64,000 bases of DNA from Alphaproteobacteria bacterium (GCA_027483355.1 JAIXUW010000292.1:68628-132627); one strand, 5' to 3'. Positions 28,816-38,558 are shown, counted from the first letter of the stretch. The notes: a model not told the origin generated them from the sequence alone. Numbers and translations are program-made.

Positions 28816-30765
28816 TTATTTATTGCCATAAAACCTTTGTAAAGTTCTCGTGTTGACTTGCACGTCGGCGGGGTGAGGTACCTTTGCAAAACTGATATTC
28901 TCAAATTTCCTTGCTCGCGATGCGGCCACGTAGAGCGAGTGATTTCCAAAACATTGACCATTTCCTTCGTTTTGAACATGCACGTTGTTCAATGTCATTC
29001 CTTGCGCTCTATGAACGGTGATAGCGTAGCCTAAGTAGAAGGGCCACTGCACTCGACAGGCAACTTCTTTCGCTTCAGGCACTTTCTTGACCGGGTTGTA
29101 CTTGAACTCGTAGCATGAAAACTTCTGAGGGTAGACAAGAACAGGGATATCCAAATGTTCAAATTTGACAAGCACGCAAGTGCAATTATCTAGACCTCGA
29201 TGCGGAGACTTGGGCGCGACAGCGCATGGCGCAAACAAATCCGAAACCCGATCGCCAGGCTTTTCCTCCCAGTGTTCGGAACATATGCTCAGAAATGACG
29301 ACCAGCCCGAAGACGAGCCATCGGCGTCATGCACGTTGACACGGCAGTGAAGATCAGCATTCTTGCTGCTTGCTCTATTTTCTGCGGCGTAATTCATCAA
29401 ATCAACCAGATCGGCGACTTTAGCTCCGCCACCAAAGTTGAAAACGTAGTTGGATAAAGATGCGCCGGAGTAGTCCGTTGTTTGAAACGTCAAAATGGCC
29501 TGTACAATTCCGCGCGCGCCCTTGACGATTCCACTGTTGACACAAATGTTGTGAATCAAAATCACAGATGCTCCCACGCACAAATCGACAGAATTGGGGA
29601 GAGCGTCGGCCAGGTCGGAAGCGTAGGCTTGGAGCATATACTTCTCTTGAGGCGGGCCCAGAGGGCTGAAATCACACGCAAGTTGATTCGCCAACTTGAA
29701 ATTGCGTTTTTGAGACACGATTCCGTACAGAACACCGTTGATATGCGACGCGAGATCGTTTTGCCCAACGAGCATGACGGGCGCGTCCTTTGGGCTGACT
29801 TTAGCCCTATCTAACACTTTGTCTAATGCGTTGACTTTGATGAGCTCGGAAAACTTGCCCGGGTCCAGGCCTCCAACACGCATAGAGGAGAGAAAATCCT
29901 GAAATCTCTCGTCGTCCTTGGCTCTTTGATTCTGTTCCAACGAGAGCACATGAGGCGCGAAGAGGGCCCATAGTTCGGATTCCCAGCAACATTGGGCTGG
30001 CGCCGTCGGCCGAGACACGGGCTCGAGTTGAAGTGGGTCGCCCACAAGGACGATGGTTGGGAACGAGTTTTTCCACGCCGAGCCCATTTGGGCGAAATTA
30101 CGCAAGAGAGGCATCCAAAAGCTGCCGTTCAGAAAATACTTGTCTTCCGCAGGTTTGGAATCGTATTTGTTCATATTGGACGAGTAGGTCGTTTGTCTAG
30201 ACCCAGAAGAAGCACTTGCCTTGGCGTGATATTCACGCAGAGCGGTTCTGACCTCGGGAAAGTAGTCCCGTGGATCCGTTCTTTTCCAAAACGCGATGCA
30301 GCACATGATAAACCGTGCCATAAAACGATCGAATAGCTCCGCGCTCATCATGCTGATCTCGTCTATCACAACGTACTTTAACTTGCCGCGCAGAGAGAAC
30401 CAAGGTTCAAGCCGTTCGTTGCACGTGGCTTGAAATCGCTTTTTGTTATCGTAACAAATACCTTCTATCCATTTAGAATCAGCGTCCATTAAACAGAACG
30501 CGCGATGAATCGTACAAGCGCGGTGTTCGGAGAAATTAGACGCGGCTTGATTTGTTGTCGCCGTAATCATGACCTCGCCCTCGCTATGATTTTTCAACAA
30601 GTGCTTGACAAGATGAGATTTTCCGGAGCCTCCAGGAGCCGCGAGAAAGTACACAGGAGACACGCGGCTTGTAATGGCATTGTACGCTGCAGCCTGTTCA
30701 CTTGAAAGTGGGCTGGCCTCAGAGACAGCCATTTCTTCGTCAGAGTCGTAAATAACAATGGCCAT
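28816..30765 (-). CDS. PIF1/RecD-like SF1 helicase (649 aa)
   Basis: The motifs appear in order: Walker A AAPGGSGKSH (30616-30642), Walker B VVIDEISMM, GDPLQLEPV, LEQNQRAKDD..F, VGASVILIHN...VKGARGIV, ITVHRAQGMTL and LYVAASRAR. The first ATG is at 30765 (MAIVIYDSDEE); the track start is TTG. Confidence 0.85.
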   Translation of the reverse strand: MAIVIYDSDEEMAVSEASPLSSEQAAAYNAITSRVSPVYFLAAPGGSGKSHLVKHLLKNHSEGEVMITATTNQAASNFSEHRACTIHRAFCLMDADSKWIEGICYDNKKRFQATCNERLEPWFSLRGKLKYVVIDEISMMSAELFDRFMARFIMCCIAFWKRTDPRDYFPEVRTALREYHAKASASSGSRQTTYSSNMNKYDSKPAEDKYFLNGSFWMPLLRNFAQMGSAWKNSFPTIVLVGDPLQLEPVSRPTAPAQCCWESELWALFAPHVLSLEQNQRAKDDERFQDFLSSMRVGGLDPGKFSELIKVNALDKVLDRAKVSPKDAPVMLVGQNDLASHINGVLYGIVSQKRNFKLANQLACDFSPLGPPQEKYMLQAYASDLADALPNSVDLCVGASVILIHNICVNSGIVKGARGIVQAILTFQTTDYSGASLSNYVFNFGGGAKVADLVDLMNYAAENRASSKNADLHCRVNVHDADGSSSGWSSFLSICSEHWEEKPGDRVSDLFAPCAVAPKSPHRGLDNCTCVLVKFEHLDIPVLVYPQKFSCYEFKYNPVKKVPEAKEVACRVQWPFYLGYAITVHRAQGMTLNNVHVQNEGNGQCFGNHSLYVAASRARKFENISFAKVPHPADVQVNTRTLQRFYGNK

Positions 30766-30950
30766 TGAAGTTTTAGAGAACTGTCTGTGAAAATGCAAAC
30801 AAAATCTGGCAGATGTAGTGGGCGAGGGGATATAGGCGCGCGCGCACAAAAAGAACGACAAGGTGCGCCACAACGAGAACTTTAGTTAATTGTATTTTTT
30901 TATTGCGTATTCCTAAAACGTATCTAATTACGTACCCTACTTATTCAAGA

Positions 30951-31268
30951 ATGCAAAAAGTGGAGCGGTCCCTTGTTCTTGCCATTGTCTCTACGCGGTT
31001 CACGAAATTCGGCGGCCGTGCCATAACGACACATGAAACTACCTTGAATCCTTCTAATTTGTTCTCGGTTCTTCAGGACAACGACGAGGACTTTTTCGAC
31101 AAAGTCGTCCAACCCAATATAAGCCATCTTATTGAACGCGAAATCGATTACGTTGCTTGCTACGAGCAAATAACTGGAGGCGCTTTCAACTTTACCAGAA
31201 AGGCGCTACGCAGCCTAGAAAAAAGCGCCGTGGTAAGGCTCGTTTCCTCCTCGGTCCTTTGTGAATAA
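30951..31268 (+). CDS. Possible small protein (105 aa)
   Basis: First ATG inside track ORF 30903..31268. It fills the gap between two minus-strand genes. No motif recognised, so support is weak. Confidence 0.35.
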   Translation: MQKVERSLVLAIVSTRFTKFGGRAITTHETTLNPSNLFSVLQDNDEDFFDKVVQPNISHLIEREIDYVACYEQITGGAFNFTRKALRSLEKSAVVRLVSSSVLCE

Positions 31269-31403
31269 TCGTACCTAGTTTTTTTCTATACGCGTGTGTG
31301 TATACTATGTAAATATATGTGTATAATCGGTGGCATCAAAACGTTTTGTCGGAGAAAGTGGCAATGAAAAATTGCATTTTTTCGGCGCCGGCATCGCATA
31401 ATA

Positions 31404-32126
31404 TCAATTTAACACATCGTTATTGTCGTCATCGTCATTTCGGTCATCTTCGTGTCTGGACTCGTCGTCGGAATTGGATCGCCGGACCTCGGTGTGGCGG
31501 CCTTGCCCTAAATTATCATCGTCGCCGTCTTCTGCAAGAGAGTCGTCGTCGCTGTTGGCATTCCCGCGCTTGCGCTTCTTGGACTTTTCTTCAAATGTCA
31601 AAACAAGCTTGTTTTCAACCCACTTGTATTTCCAATTGTTCTGAAGAAGCCATTTCGTGACGAATGACGCGCGGTATCTCAAAATGGGATAATAATCGGA
31701 CGGCAGGTCTGCAATCTTGGAGTCGCGCAAATCACTATCCGTAATCTCCAAAACTTTCAAATACGGATTGTGTCTCAATTCGCCGCGAATGTACGACGTC
31801 AAGAGACCGAGTATGCGGTCTTGTGCCTTGGTAGAATCATACCAGACCTTGGAGCGAAGTGTTTTGTTTTTATAATCGATGGCATCTTGAAATGTAAAAC
31901 TTGTCTTTTGATCCGAGTGATTGTTGCTCGAAGAGGACGTGATTGGACCGTCGTGCGGATCGTAACGCCGCTGGGAATAGGGATTGTAGTCATTATCGTA
32001 GCCATTATCGCGATAAGGTCTTGGAGCTTGAAGATTCTGGCCTCTAGAATACGGAGCGACAGATGAAGCTCGGCGAGGTCTGTTGTCGCGTCCTCCGCTA
32101 CCGTTGTTAAACGATCGAGACGACAT
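31404..32126 (-). CDS. Hypothetical protein (240 aa): R/G/N/Y-rich N-terminus, globular core, highly acidic C-terminal tail
   Basis: ATG at 32126 (MSSRSFNNGSGGRDN), preceded by GTGTTATAAAAGCCTA. C-terminal tail: DDDSLAEDGDDD...EDDRNDDDDNND. The charge pattern suggests nucleic-acid or chromatin binding, but this is inference only. Confidence 0.65.
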   Translation of the reverse strand: MSSRSFNNGSGGRDNRPRRASSVAPYSRGQNLQAPRPYRDNGYDNDYNPYSQRRYDPHDGPITSSSSNNHSDQKTSFTFQDAIDYKNKTLRSKVWYDSTKAQDRILGLLTSYIRGELRHNPYLKVLEITDSDLRDSKIADLPSDYYPILRYRASFVTKWLLQNNWKYKWVENKLVLTFEEKSKKRKRGNANSDDDSLAEDGDDDNLGQGRHTEVRRSNSDDESRHEDDRNDDDDNNDVLN

Positions 32127-32131
32127 TAGGC

Positions 32132-32141
32132 TTTTATAACA
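32132..32141 (-). promoter_or_regulatory. Recurrent 10-mer TGTTATAAAA (copy 2 of 3)
   Basis: Exact 10-mer, 5 nt upstream of the ATG at 32126. Confidence 0.4.
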
Positions 32142-32242
32142 CTCACGCGCACACAAAGACCAATGGTAATGCTAGAATGAGAGATTTGCGTTTAATTTTA
32201 CAATTGGCAACAATGCAAAACAAAAAAAACTCGGGGGAAGAA

Positions 32243-32641
32243 TCACACGTTGCTGTGTTGATTTTCAACTGCGACGGCGGCTACTTTCAGAGGATACATG
32301 CAGGATATAAGCACATTAATCACAGTCTGCTCGAATTGCTGCACGTCCATGGGCAGCTGGGCGATTTTGGAAACGTGAAGGTATTGCGCCGAATGCAATT
32401 CGATCAAATTCTGGGTCAGCAATGGATATTCTTGTTTGACTCGTGCCATAAGTTCATTGTTGCTGTATCCTGCGATGAACAGATCGTACAGACCGGCTTT
32501 TCTGGCCAGCGCGGGCAAGGGCGCAGCCGCAGAAGTCGACGGATTTGTTGATCTAACGAGTAAATGAGTGGGAAGTCGAGGCCGGCCATTTGGGATGTTT
32601 ACTTTAGCACGAAAGCACTTTTTGGTGTTTCCGGTAGACAT
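32243..32641 (-). CDS. Small hypothetical protein (132 aa; a longer 193-aa form from the ATG at 32824 is possible)
   Basis: The track ORF starts at TTG (32875). In-frame ATGs lie at 32824 and 32641. The longer form would overlap the divergent 81-aa ORF by 33 nt, so the start is unresolved. Confidence 0.45.
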   Translation of the reverse strand: MSTGNTKKCFRAKVNIPNGRPRLPTHLLVRSTNPSTSAAAPLPALARKAGLYDLFIAGYSNNELMARVKQEYPLLTQNLIELHSAQYLHVSKIAQLPMDVQQFEQTVINVLISCMYPLKVAAVAVENQHSNV

Positions 32642-32791
32642 TCGAAGAGCCAAGAACGTTTGTATTAAATCCGTTTTTGAGAAACTTGCAATTGGAATGC
32701 ACCAAAGTCGTGTTTTGTTGAGATTGAAGGGGCAAAAGGGGGTGGAGGTTTTTCCACACAGCGCTGGATTTTCCGATCTAAACTCAAAAAA

Positions 32792-33037
32792 ATGTCGTTT
32801 GAAACAACGGAATCGGAATATCATCCACTGGTGAACGATTTCTCGCCGCCCGGCGTGATATACGAAAAATGCCAAGACACGGGATTCCTTCCTTCTTTCC
32901 TGACAACTACAGTATTCAAAGGCGACGTGGCCATGTCTGTTTTGATTTTGCTACTGGCTCTACTATGGCCGTGGTTTATCGGGACGATTAGAAACATGGC
33001 GAGTCAGCCTGCGCCAAAAACAAAGAAACTCATTTGA
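32792..33037 (+). CDS. Small single-pass membrane protein (81 aa)
   Basis: ATG in the context CTCAAAAAA-ATG, typical of this window. It has a clear TM segment (MSVLILLLALLWPWFIGTI) followed by a basic tail. Confidence 0.45.
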   Translation: MSFETTESEYHPLVNDFSPPGVIYEKCQDTGFLPSFLTTTVFKGDVAMSVLILLLALLWPWFIGTIRNMASQPAPKTKKLI

Positions 33038-33058
33038 TAACTTACTCAGGCTTTTTTT

Positions 33059-34480
33059 TTACTGAGCACTGGTCGTTTTTCTGTACAATTCCTGTATGTG
33101 CCAGGTGCACCATTGTAATATATGATCTTTCATGTTATCAGCGGCCCACTTGATTCTAGAGGTACACGCGTTGAATGTATCAGCGTTTGACAGTTCTTCT
33201 CGTTCCCTTTGGAAAAAAACTTCCATCTTTTTCGCGTCAATCGGAACGTTCAAATCGTCCGTTCCTTCATCGTCGTAGTATCTTTTGTCCAGGAGCTGGT
33301 AGGGAAAATACCCATCCCAGTCTATAGTATGCAAAAGTTGATGCATGCCTCCGCTGGCTACGAAATTGTCCTTTCGAGCGAATTCTTTGGGCAGAACATG
33401 ATGCCTGCTCACAAAGAACGTGTTCTGCTCGACCGACAGCGGAGTAGAGTACCCGTAATGGCACGCAATCAAACTCGCAACTTGCATGCACATTGTTCTG
33501 TACATCAAATACTGTTCAGGGTTCGCCGCGTGTCCCCACAAACTAAAGTAGAACTGCAGATATAGACCTAGCCACACTTCCTTGTTGTAATACGTTTCAA
33601 AGTAGTGTTGAAATTTGAAGTCCGTGGCCTCGAAAATAGACTTTGAATTCGAGGCAAAGCTCTGCGATTGACTCCACATGGCTTGAGATTGAACTCGAGC
33701 CGCCTGAATCGCCGATTTGACCCAAGGCATGTTCATGAACACGTGTTGCGGCAGAGACAAATGAGTCTGGCTCCACAGCTGCATGAACACGGTTTCCGAG
33801 TTTCGTGCATTCGCTTTGCGACTCGTAACGGGGTCAATGTAATGCGAAGGGAGAACTTTGACATCCAATCGAGTCGGGCCCTGGCAAATGTCATAGACAT
33901 GAAAAACAATCTCGGACACGTAGTAGGGCTCGATTTCTTCCACAATTTGCTTGATCGAAAACGAGAATCGCTTGTTGTGTCCCAAAATATAAGCAAAACA
34001 GTCGGCGGATGCAAGTGACGACGACAGATTGTAAGTGCGCGTGTTCAATTTGATCGACGACGCGGTATCCGACGCGGAAGGTTCCAGATCACTTATAGAC
34101 GCTTTTAAAAGCCTACTGGCAAGTACGTCGATCAAGGATTGAGCCGTGCTTTCCACGACGGGGACGTGTGCTAGTCCGCGCGCCATAGAACTCGTTCTAT
34201 ATGCATTATCGCTTCCAAGTACAATCTCGGATTCGTGATCGACAATATCTACATCGTTTGCCTTGATTTTCTGCAAAAGCGTCTCCGTGCGCCGAATATC
34301 GTCGTCGTCAAGCGCGTGGTAGCCCGAGGTTCGGGGCTGCGTCACCCAATACGCGATAGTAGTGTACACGGCTGTTGGATCCGCGACTAGAGCAAATGCT
34401 AGAAATTCAGCAACGGCCGCGGGCTTGGCAAACGCGGGGATATTGGATAGTTTTTCTAGATTTGACTCTTCTAGGTCCAT
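33059..34480 (-). CDS. Hypothetical protein (473 aa)
   Basis: First ATG at 34480 (MDLEESNLEKL); the track start is GTG. It is a long uninterrupted ORF with no motif I recognise. Confidence 0.8.
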   Translation of the reverse strand: MDLEESNLEKLSNIPAFAKPAAVAEFLAFALVADPTAVYTTIAYWVTQPRTSGYHALDDDDIRRTETLLQKIKANDVDIVDHESEIVLGSDNAYRTSSMARGLAHVPVVESTAQSLIDVLASRLLKASISDLEPSASDTASSIKLNTRTYNLSSSLASADCFAYILGHNKRFSFSIKQIVEEIEPYYVSEIVFHVYDICQGPTRLDVKVLPSHYIDPVTSRKANARNSETVFMQLWSQTHLSLPQHVFMNMPWVKSAIQAARVQSQAMWSQSQSFASNSKSIFEATDFKFQHYFETYYNKEVWLGLYLQFYFSLWGHAANPEQYLMYRTMCMQVASLIACHYGYSTPLSVEQNTFFVSRHHVLPKEFARKDNFVASGGMHQLLHTIDWDGYFPYQLLDKRYYDDEGTDDLNVPIDAKKMEVFFQREREELSNADTFNACTSRIKWAADNMKDHILQWCTWHIQELYRKTTSAQ

Positions 34481-34613
34481 ATTTGGATATTTAACACGCG
34501 CGTGCACACACGGCCAATGTTATAATAAATCAAAGGACATTGATTCTCGAAAAAGAAGAGCTGGCAGCTCAGAACAATCCCCCAACTGCGCGTGTGTGCT
34601 CGCAAGAAAAAAA

Positions 34614-36125
34614 ATGTACGCATCATCCAACAAATCTGCAATGCCTGCAGTCAGCAGTGTTCAATTGAAATCAGTCACGCTCACGGGCATTGAAGTTCCC
34701 GATCCGGCGACGGCAACCAAATCGTTTCTCAAGCATGTCAACGACACCTCGCTTCTCTACTGCTTTTTCAGCGCTCGATTGGCTGCAAATGCTGCTTCGC
34801 ATGAAGACATCTGCGAACTCGTACGACTAGTTCCCCAAAATATACATCAGTCGATGATAGAAACGGCCGGAGGCGATAGCGTCTATTTGCGGATGCAGCC
34901 ACCCGGTCTCCAAATCTGCGACAACTTGGCTGTTGAAAGTCTGAAAATGGCCTTTGCGGCTCCATGCCCGTTTTACGACCCTGGCCCGTGTAGAGAAGCA
35001 GAAAACTGGGTGCGCGAAAGGCTTTATCAATCGTCGTCCACAAGACGCAAATTTGAGATCGCTTTACATGAAATGGTGGACGATTCGACAGCGGGAAAAT
35101 TGGCCAAAGCAATCGGCATTGAAAGAGCGCCCTTGGCTCGAACTGCAGTTCAGTCAAACGAACTCATGTTTGCTAATACTAAGGGCACACTGATTGCCAA
35201 ATCAAATCAACTTTTACAAATTACGGACTCTGGCAATGTCTCGGCGCTGAAAACATTGGCCGGGATGATGTTCTTCCACTTTCTTACGGGCGAAAAACTA
35301 GTGTCCGGTGCCCTAGACGATTCTTTAGCCGGTAAACTGGAAGAAATTCTGTCCAAGACAACATTGAGACTCACGGACATACTGGTTCTGTTCGGGATTA
35401 CTCCGTCGAGCTCCAACCCATTCGAGTCAGAGCCCGCTACGTGTATACCACAACGATTATGGAAACTGGGATACAATGTGACACTTCATGCCATGTTGTC
35501 CGAAGACAAATGCTCGTTTGCTACTCTGAAAACGTTTTTCCAATCGCTGGATTTCTTGGCGTTGGCAGACGAGCATTTGAAATACGCTCGGATGCACATC
35601 TACGACACGCTCAAGGTTTGTATCCACAACAAATGCCTTAAATGGCTCAAACTCACGGATCTACAGCTCTTGTTGAACGTCACAAGCGCTGACGTTCTTG
35701 TCGAGCATATGCGGTCACTGGACGATTTTCTCTTCCTCTCCGAACTGGTGGAACCCCTGCTGACGTACAAAGTCTGGACGCTAGATCTGAAACTCAATGT
35801 CGGTAATTTGCAAGCTCGATTTGCTCGAAATAGAGCAGCCACTGAAGTGAACGAGGAAGAAGCGTTTAAGGTGTTAGAAATGCTTCAATGGCCGGCTAAT
35901 GAAGCCAAGCGGCTGGCTCGACTTGCAAACCCCAAACCCGTACCTGTGATCAATTTTGGAAGCACGTCGTTGTCGTCGTCCACGGCACTCGCGACACCTA
36001 CAGCACCTATTATTTCAAATCCAGTTCCAGTCCCTGCTGCGGAACCCCCGTCAAACGACCCACGGTCAAAACTACGCGCCGCAGCGCTTAGATTGACACA
36101 ACGCTCGAACGCGACGGGAAATTGA
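34614..36125 (+). CDS. Hypothetical protein (503 aa)
   Basis: ATG in the context CAAGAAAAAAA-ATG (MYASSNKSAMP). The upstream part of track ORF 34362..36125 overlaps the divergent gene and lacks an ATG. Confidence 0.8.
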   Translation: MYASSNKSAMPAVSSVQLKSVTLTGIEVPDPATATKSFLKHVNDTSLLYCFFSARLAANAASHEDICELVRLVPQNIHQSMIETAGGDSVYLRMQPPGLQICDNLAVESLKMAFAAPCPFYDPGPCREAENWVRERLYQSSSTRRKFEIALHEMVDDSTAGKLAKAIGIERAPLARTAVQSNELMFANTKGTLIAKSNQLLQITDSGNVSALKTLAGMMFFHFLTGEKLVSGALDDSLAGKLEEILSKTTLRLTDILVLFGITPSSSNPFESEPATCIPQRLWKLGYNVTLHAMLSEDKCSFATLKTFFQSLDFLALADEHLKYARMHIYDTLKVCIHNKCLKWLKLTDLQLLLNVTSADVLVEHMRSLDDFLFLSELVEPLLTYKVWTLDLKLNVGNLQARFARNRAATEVNEEEAFKVLEMLQWPANEAKRLARLANPKPVPVINFGSTSLSSSTALATPTAPIISNPVPVPAAEPPSNDPRSKLRAAALRLTQRSNATGN

Positions 36126-36152
36126 GTTTTTATATTAAAGAACTACAAGGTG

Positions 36153-36557
36153 ATGGCTAACAATTGCCAAGAAACAACAGAAAATGCTGTTGAGTTGACG
36201 GAATCCGATGAAATAGAAAAATACGTGCAAGAAATTATAGACAAATTCCCGCCAACCATGGGGCCTGGTTATGAAACACCCATTCATTTGAGTCAGCTAA
36301 ACTTTAAGCTGAAACACTTGGACAAAATACAGGACAGCCTACAGGCTAAAGGAATTTGGATGCGCCCTTACTGGGACTACAAAGACAATTTAATGGGATA
36401 CGATTTTGGATACGAAGTAGCCGTCGACGATTCCCTATGGAGTGGCGCGCGACCAATTAGCACTTCTCGGCAGGTGTTTTTACTTGGTTGTATCGTAGCG
36501 GTATTAATATACATGTATCAACGGTGTCTCGTGTCTACATTAAACCAAAATGAGTAA
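36153..36557 (+). CDS. Tail-anchored small protein (134 aa), paralogue 1
   Basis: C-terminal TM segment (VFLLGCIVAVLIYMY). It shares the core KGIWMRPYWDYKDN..GYDFGY with the next gene (RGVWTKPYFKYNGKRIGHTFRF). Confidence 0.6.
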   Translation: MANNCQETTENAVELTESDEIEKYVQEIIDKFPPTMGPGYETPIHLSQLNFKLKHLDKIQDSLQAKGIWMRPYWDYKDNLMGYDFGYEVAVDDSLWSGARPISTSRQVFLLGCIVAVLIYMYQRCLVSTLNQNE

Positions 36558-36630
36558 CCCTTGTCCCCTCGCTTACTTTAACCAAAAACCGTGGCCCGCC
36601 ATGTGCAAGTAAACCAAATAAGTCAACAAA

Positions 36631-37050
36631 ATGACTGAAGTCAGAAAAAAGTGGGAGCAATCTCACTCTGTGTTTAAAACAGAACAAATGCAGGAAATTG
36701 TGAAAATAGCTGACGCCGTCGTGGAAAAGGTTCCTCCCGGCGACTCCGAAGAGCCTGAAATTATGTTGACTGACATGGAGTTGGAACTGAAATACAAGAG
36801 CGCGCCCCTTTTGGAAGCTGAACTTTATCGCAGAGGCGTCTGGACGAAACCGTACTTTAAGTACAACGGGAAACGCATCGGTCACACCTTTCGATTTCAA
36901 GGCGTCCCAAGTTCCGATGCATGGTCTACATTTACGCATTTTATTGCACACAAATTCTGGCAAAACCCTGCAGATTTTGTTCTCACCATTCTTCTCTGCG
37001 TTGTCTGTATCGGATTTGTTGCATTGGCGTACACGGCCTCGAGAAAGTAA
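36631..37050 (+). CDS. Tail-anchored small protein (139 aa), paralogue 2
   Basis: ATG start and a C-terminal TM segment (FVLTILLCVVCIGFVALAY). The sequence resembles the 36153..36557 product. Confidence 0.6.
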   Translation: MTEVRKKWEQSHSVFKTEQMQEIVKIADAVVEKVPPGDSEEPEIMLTDMELELKYKSAPLLEAELYRRGVWTKPYFKYNGKRIGHTFRFQGVPSSDAWSTFTHFIAHKFWQNPADFVLTILLCVVCIGFVALAYTASRK

Positions 37051-37070
37051 TTAAAGGGTAGCATTTTCTC

Positions 37071-37964
37071 TTATTCCAACTTCCTTGTTTTACTCGGGGT
37101 TATGACCTTCCATGCAAAGTAGGCGAACGCAACGGCAAAGGACAGAGGCACGGCTAGCACAATGGCGACCTTGAAAAGTTCGAATACAGTCTCTACTCCC
37201 ATGATTCGAAGTAAAAATGGTAGTATTGGAAACACGCCACCGATTGGAGACCATTCGCCTAGTCCTTCGCCCAGCGCTTTGAGCACTGTTGTTTGCGCGT
37301 CCGCCTTGGTGTAGTCGTTTTTTTCCGAGTGACACCTGGCTTCTCCGCCCTTCTCCTTTTTGCATTTTTCGAATTTATCCTGTGTAGTCTCGCGATGTGA
37401 ATCCAATTTACCGTATTCAGCGCTGGCCAGAATAATTATAGAGACCACGTGAAACAATATGAATGCTATTGCGACGTAAAGCCGGATTTTGCGCTTCGGC
37501 GGCTCAGTATTACGTTTTTTAGATACACGCTTTGCATTTGGAGACTTTCCGCTTGATGTATGCTCGGCCAGGGAGCGGTTTAGGCGTTTTTCGATAGAAC
37601 TCGGGCTCTGTTTTCTATTCAAAGCAGGGGCGTTACACACGAGCTCGCTCTCTGTTAATTCGTTTTCCGAATCACTCTCATGTTCAGAATGCTCTACCTC
37701 ATCCAAATCATCCTCGCGGATCCACTGCGCGGCTCTGACAATTGACTTTTGCGCCACCTTGAGCAAAGCCCATATCCAGGACATGATGTTTATCACAAAT
37801 ATGGGAATGTGTGCATTTAGGTTCAACATCCGGCCCCATTCAAAGAAGCTAGAGGCGTATCCGGAAAAATATTGGTCCCACCATGTTCGTAATAGAGAAT
37901 GTCCTATTTTAGATATGAAAAACGAGCCAATTGTCTTGGCTATAGCGATTCCGAATTGGAGCAT
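37071..37964 (-). CDS. Multi-pass membrane protein (297 aa from the first ATG; the ORF is open up to a GTG at 38090)
   Basis: Hydrophobic segments lie at both ends (IFVINIMSWIWALL, LYVAIAFILFHVVSIIILA, VAIVLAVPLSFAVAFAYFAW) around an acidic/basic loop. The antisense 180-aa ORF looks non-protein-like. Confidence 0.65.
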   Translation of the reverse strand: MLQFGIAIAKTIGSFFISKIGHSLLRTWWDQYFSGYASSFFEWGRMLNLNAHIPIFVINIMSWIWALLKVAQKSIVRAAQWIREDDLDEVEHSEHESDSENELTESELVCNAPALNRKQSPSSIEKRLNRSLAEHTSSGKSPNAKRVSKKRNTEPPKRKIRLYVAIAFILFHVVSIIILASAEYGKLDSHRETTQDKFEKCKKEKGGEARCHSEKNDYTKADAQTTVLKALGEGLGEWSPIGGVFPILPFLLRIMGVETVFELFKVAIVLAVPLSFAVAFAYFAWKVITPSKTRKLE

Positions 37965-38162
37965 TGAGAAAATCGATAGCGGCAAGTGCAACGGCCGGCC
38001 CAGTGTTGTTCGGGGTGCTCCGCGTCCCTGACTCGTAGCGAGTGAGTTTCCAAAGCAGTTGTCGCTTGTCGTTTTCTGCGCCCGCTGCACTGGTCGCTAT
38101 CGCAAAAGTTTACGGACAAATTGGATATACATTCCTTTGTTTTAGTAAAAACTATTTCGTAA

Positions 38163-38172
38163 TTTTATAACA
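38163..38172 (-). promoter_or_regulatory. Recurrent 10-mer TGTTATAAAA (copy 3 of 3)
   Basis: Exact 10-mer in the AT-rich gap upstream of the 37071..38090 ORF. Confidence 0.35.
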
Positions 38173-38288
38173 TCCGCCGATGTATACATGGCCGGGAATT
38201 TTTGATCTCGTCATCTGCGCGTATTTTACAATGCAATCATGCAGCCATAAGTTCTATAAAATCATAATACATTTATATACAATATTCG

Positions 38289-38519
38289 TTAGGACACATC
38301 CATGGCGTCGGGGTCGGCGGGAATATTTGCGTGTTCTTGAACGGAGTCCGGTGCATTTTCAGGAGATTGAGCATTGCTAGAATGTGGCACTTGAGTCGAC
38401 AAGTTTAATAACTGAACGCGACGCTTGCATAATCCGCTGCCGTCGGACTTGACGTAAAACGGCGCCGCCGGCCTGTAGCTCTTTTGCGCGGCGATAATCG
38501 CTTCCCGTCTGTCCGCCAT
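38289..38519 (-). CDS. Possible small protein (76 aa)
   Basis: ATG at 38519 (MADRREAIIAAQK) with CATATAGAATTATC about 20 nt upstream. It is short and has no recognised motif. Confidence 0.35.
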   Translation of the reverse strand: MADRREAIIAAQKSYRPAAPFYVKSDGSGLCKRRVQLLNLSTQVPHSSNAQSPENAPDSVQEHANIPADPDAMDVS

Positions 38520-38558
38520 GGCGCTTGATAATTCTATATGTACACACACAAATTGCGT

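Noticed and set aside
28816-30873. Helitron-type Rep-Hel transposase interpretation of the helicase, plus N-terminal extensions from the TTG start
   Set aside because: There is no HUH or Rep nuclease domain upstream of Walker A, and I found no terminal hairpin/CTRR-like ends. The TTG-initiated 36-aa extension lacks support, so the first ATG at 30765 was used.
37489-38031. 180-aa plus-strand ORF
   Set aside because: It is antisense to the 37071..37964 membrane-protein gene, whose hydrophobic segments and charged loop are far more convincing.
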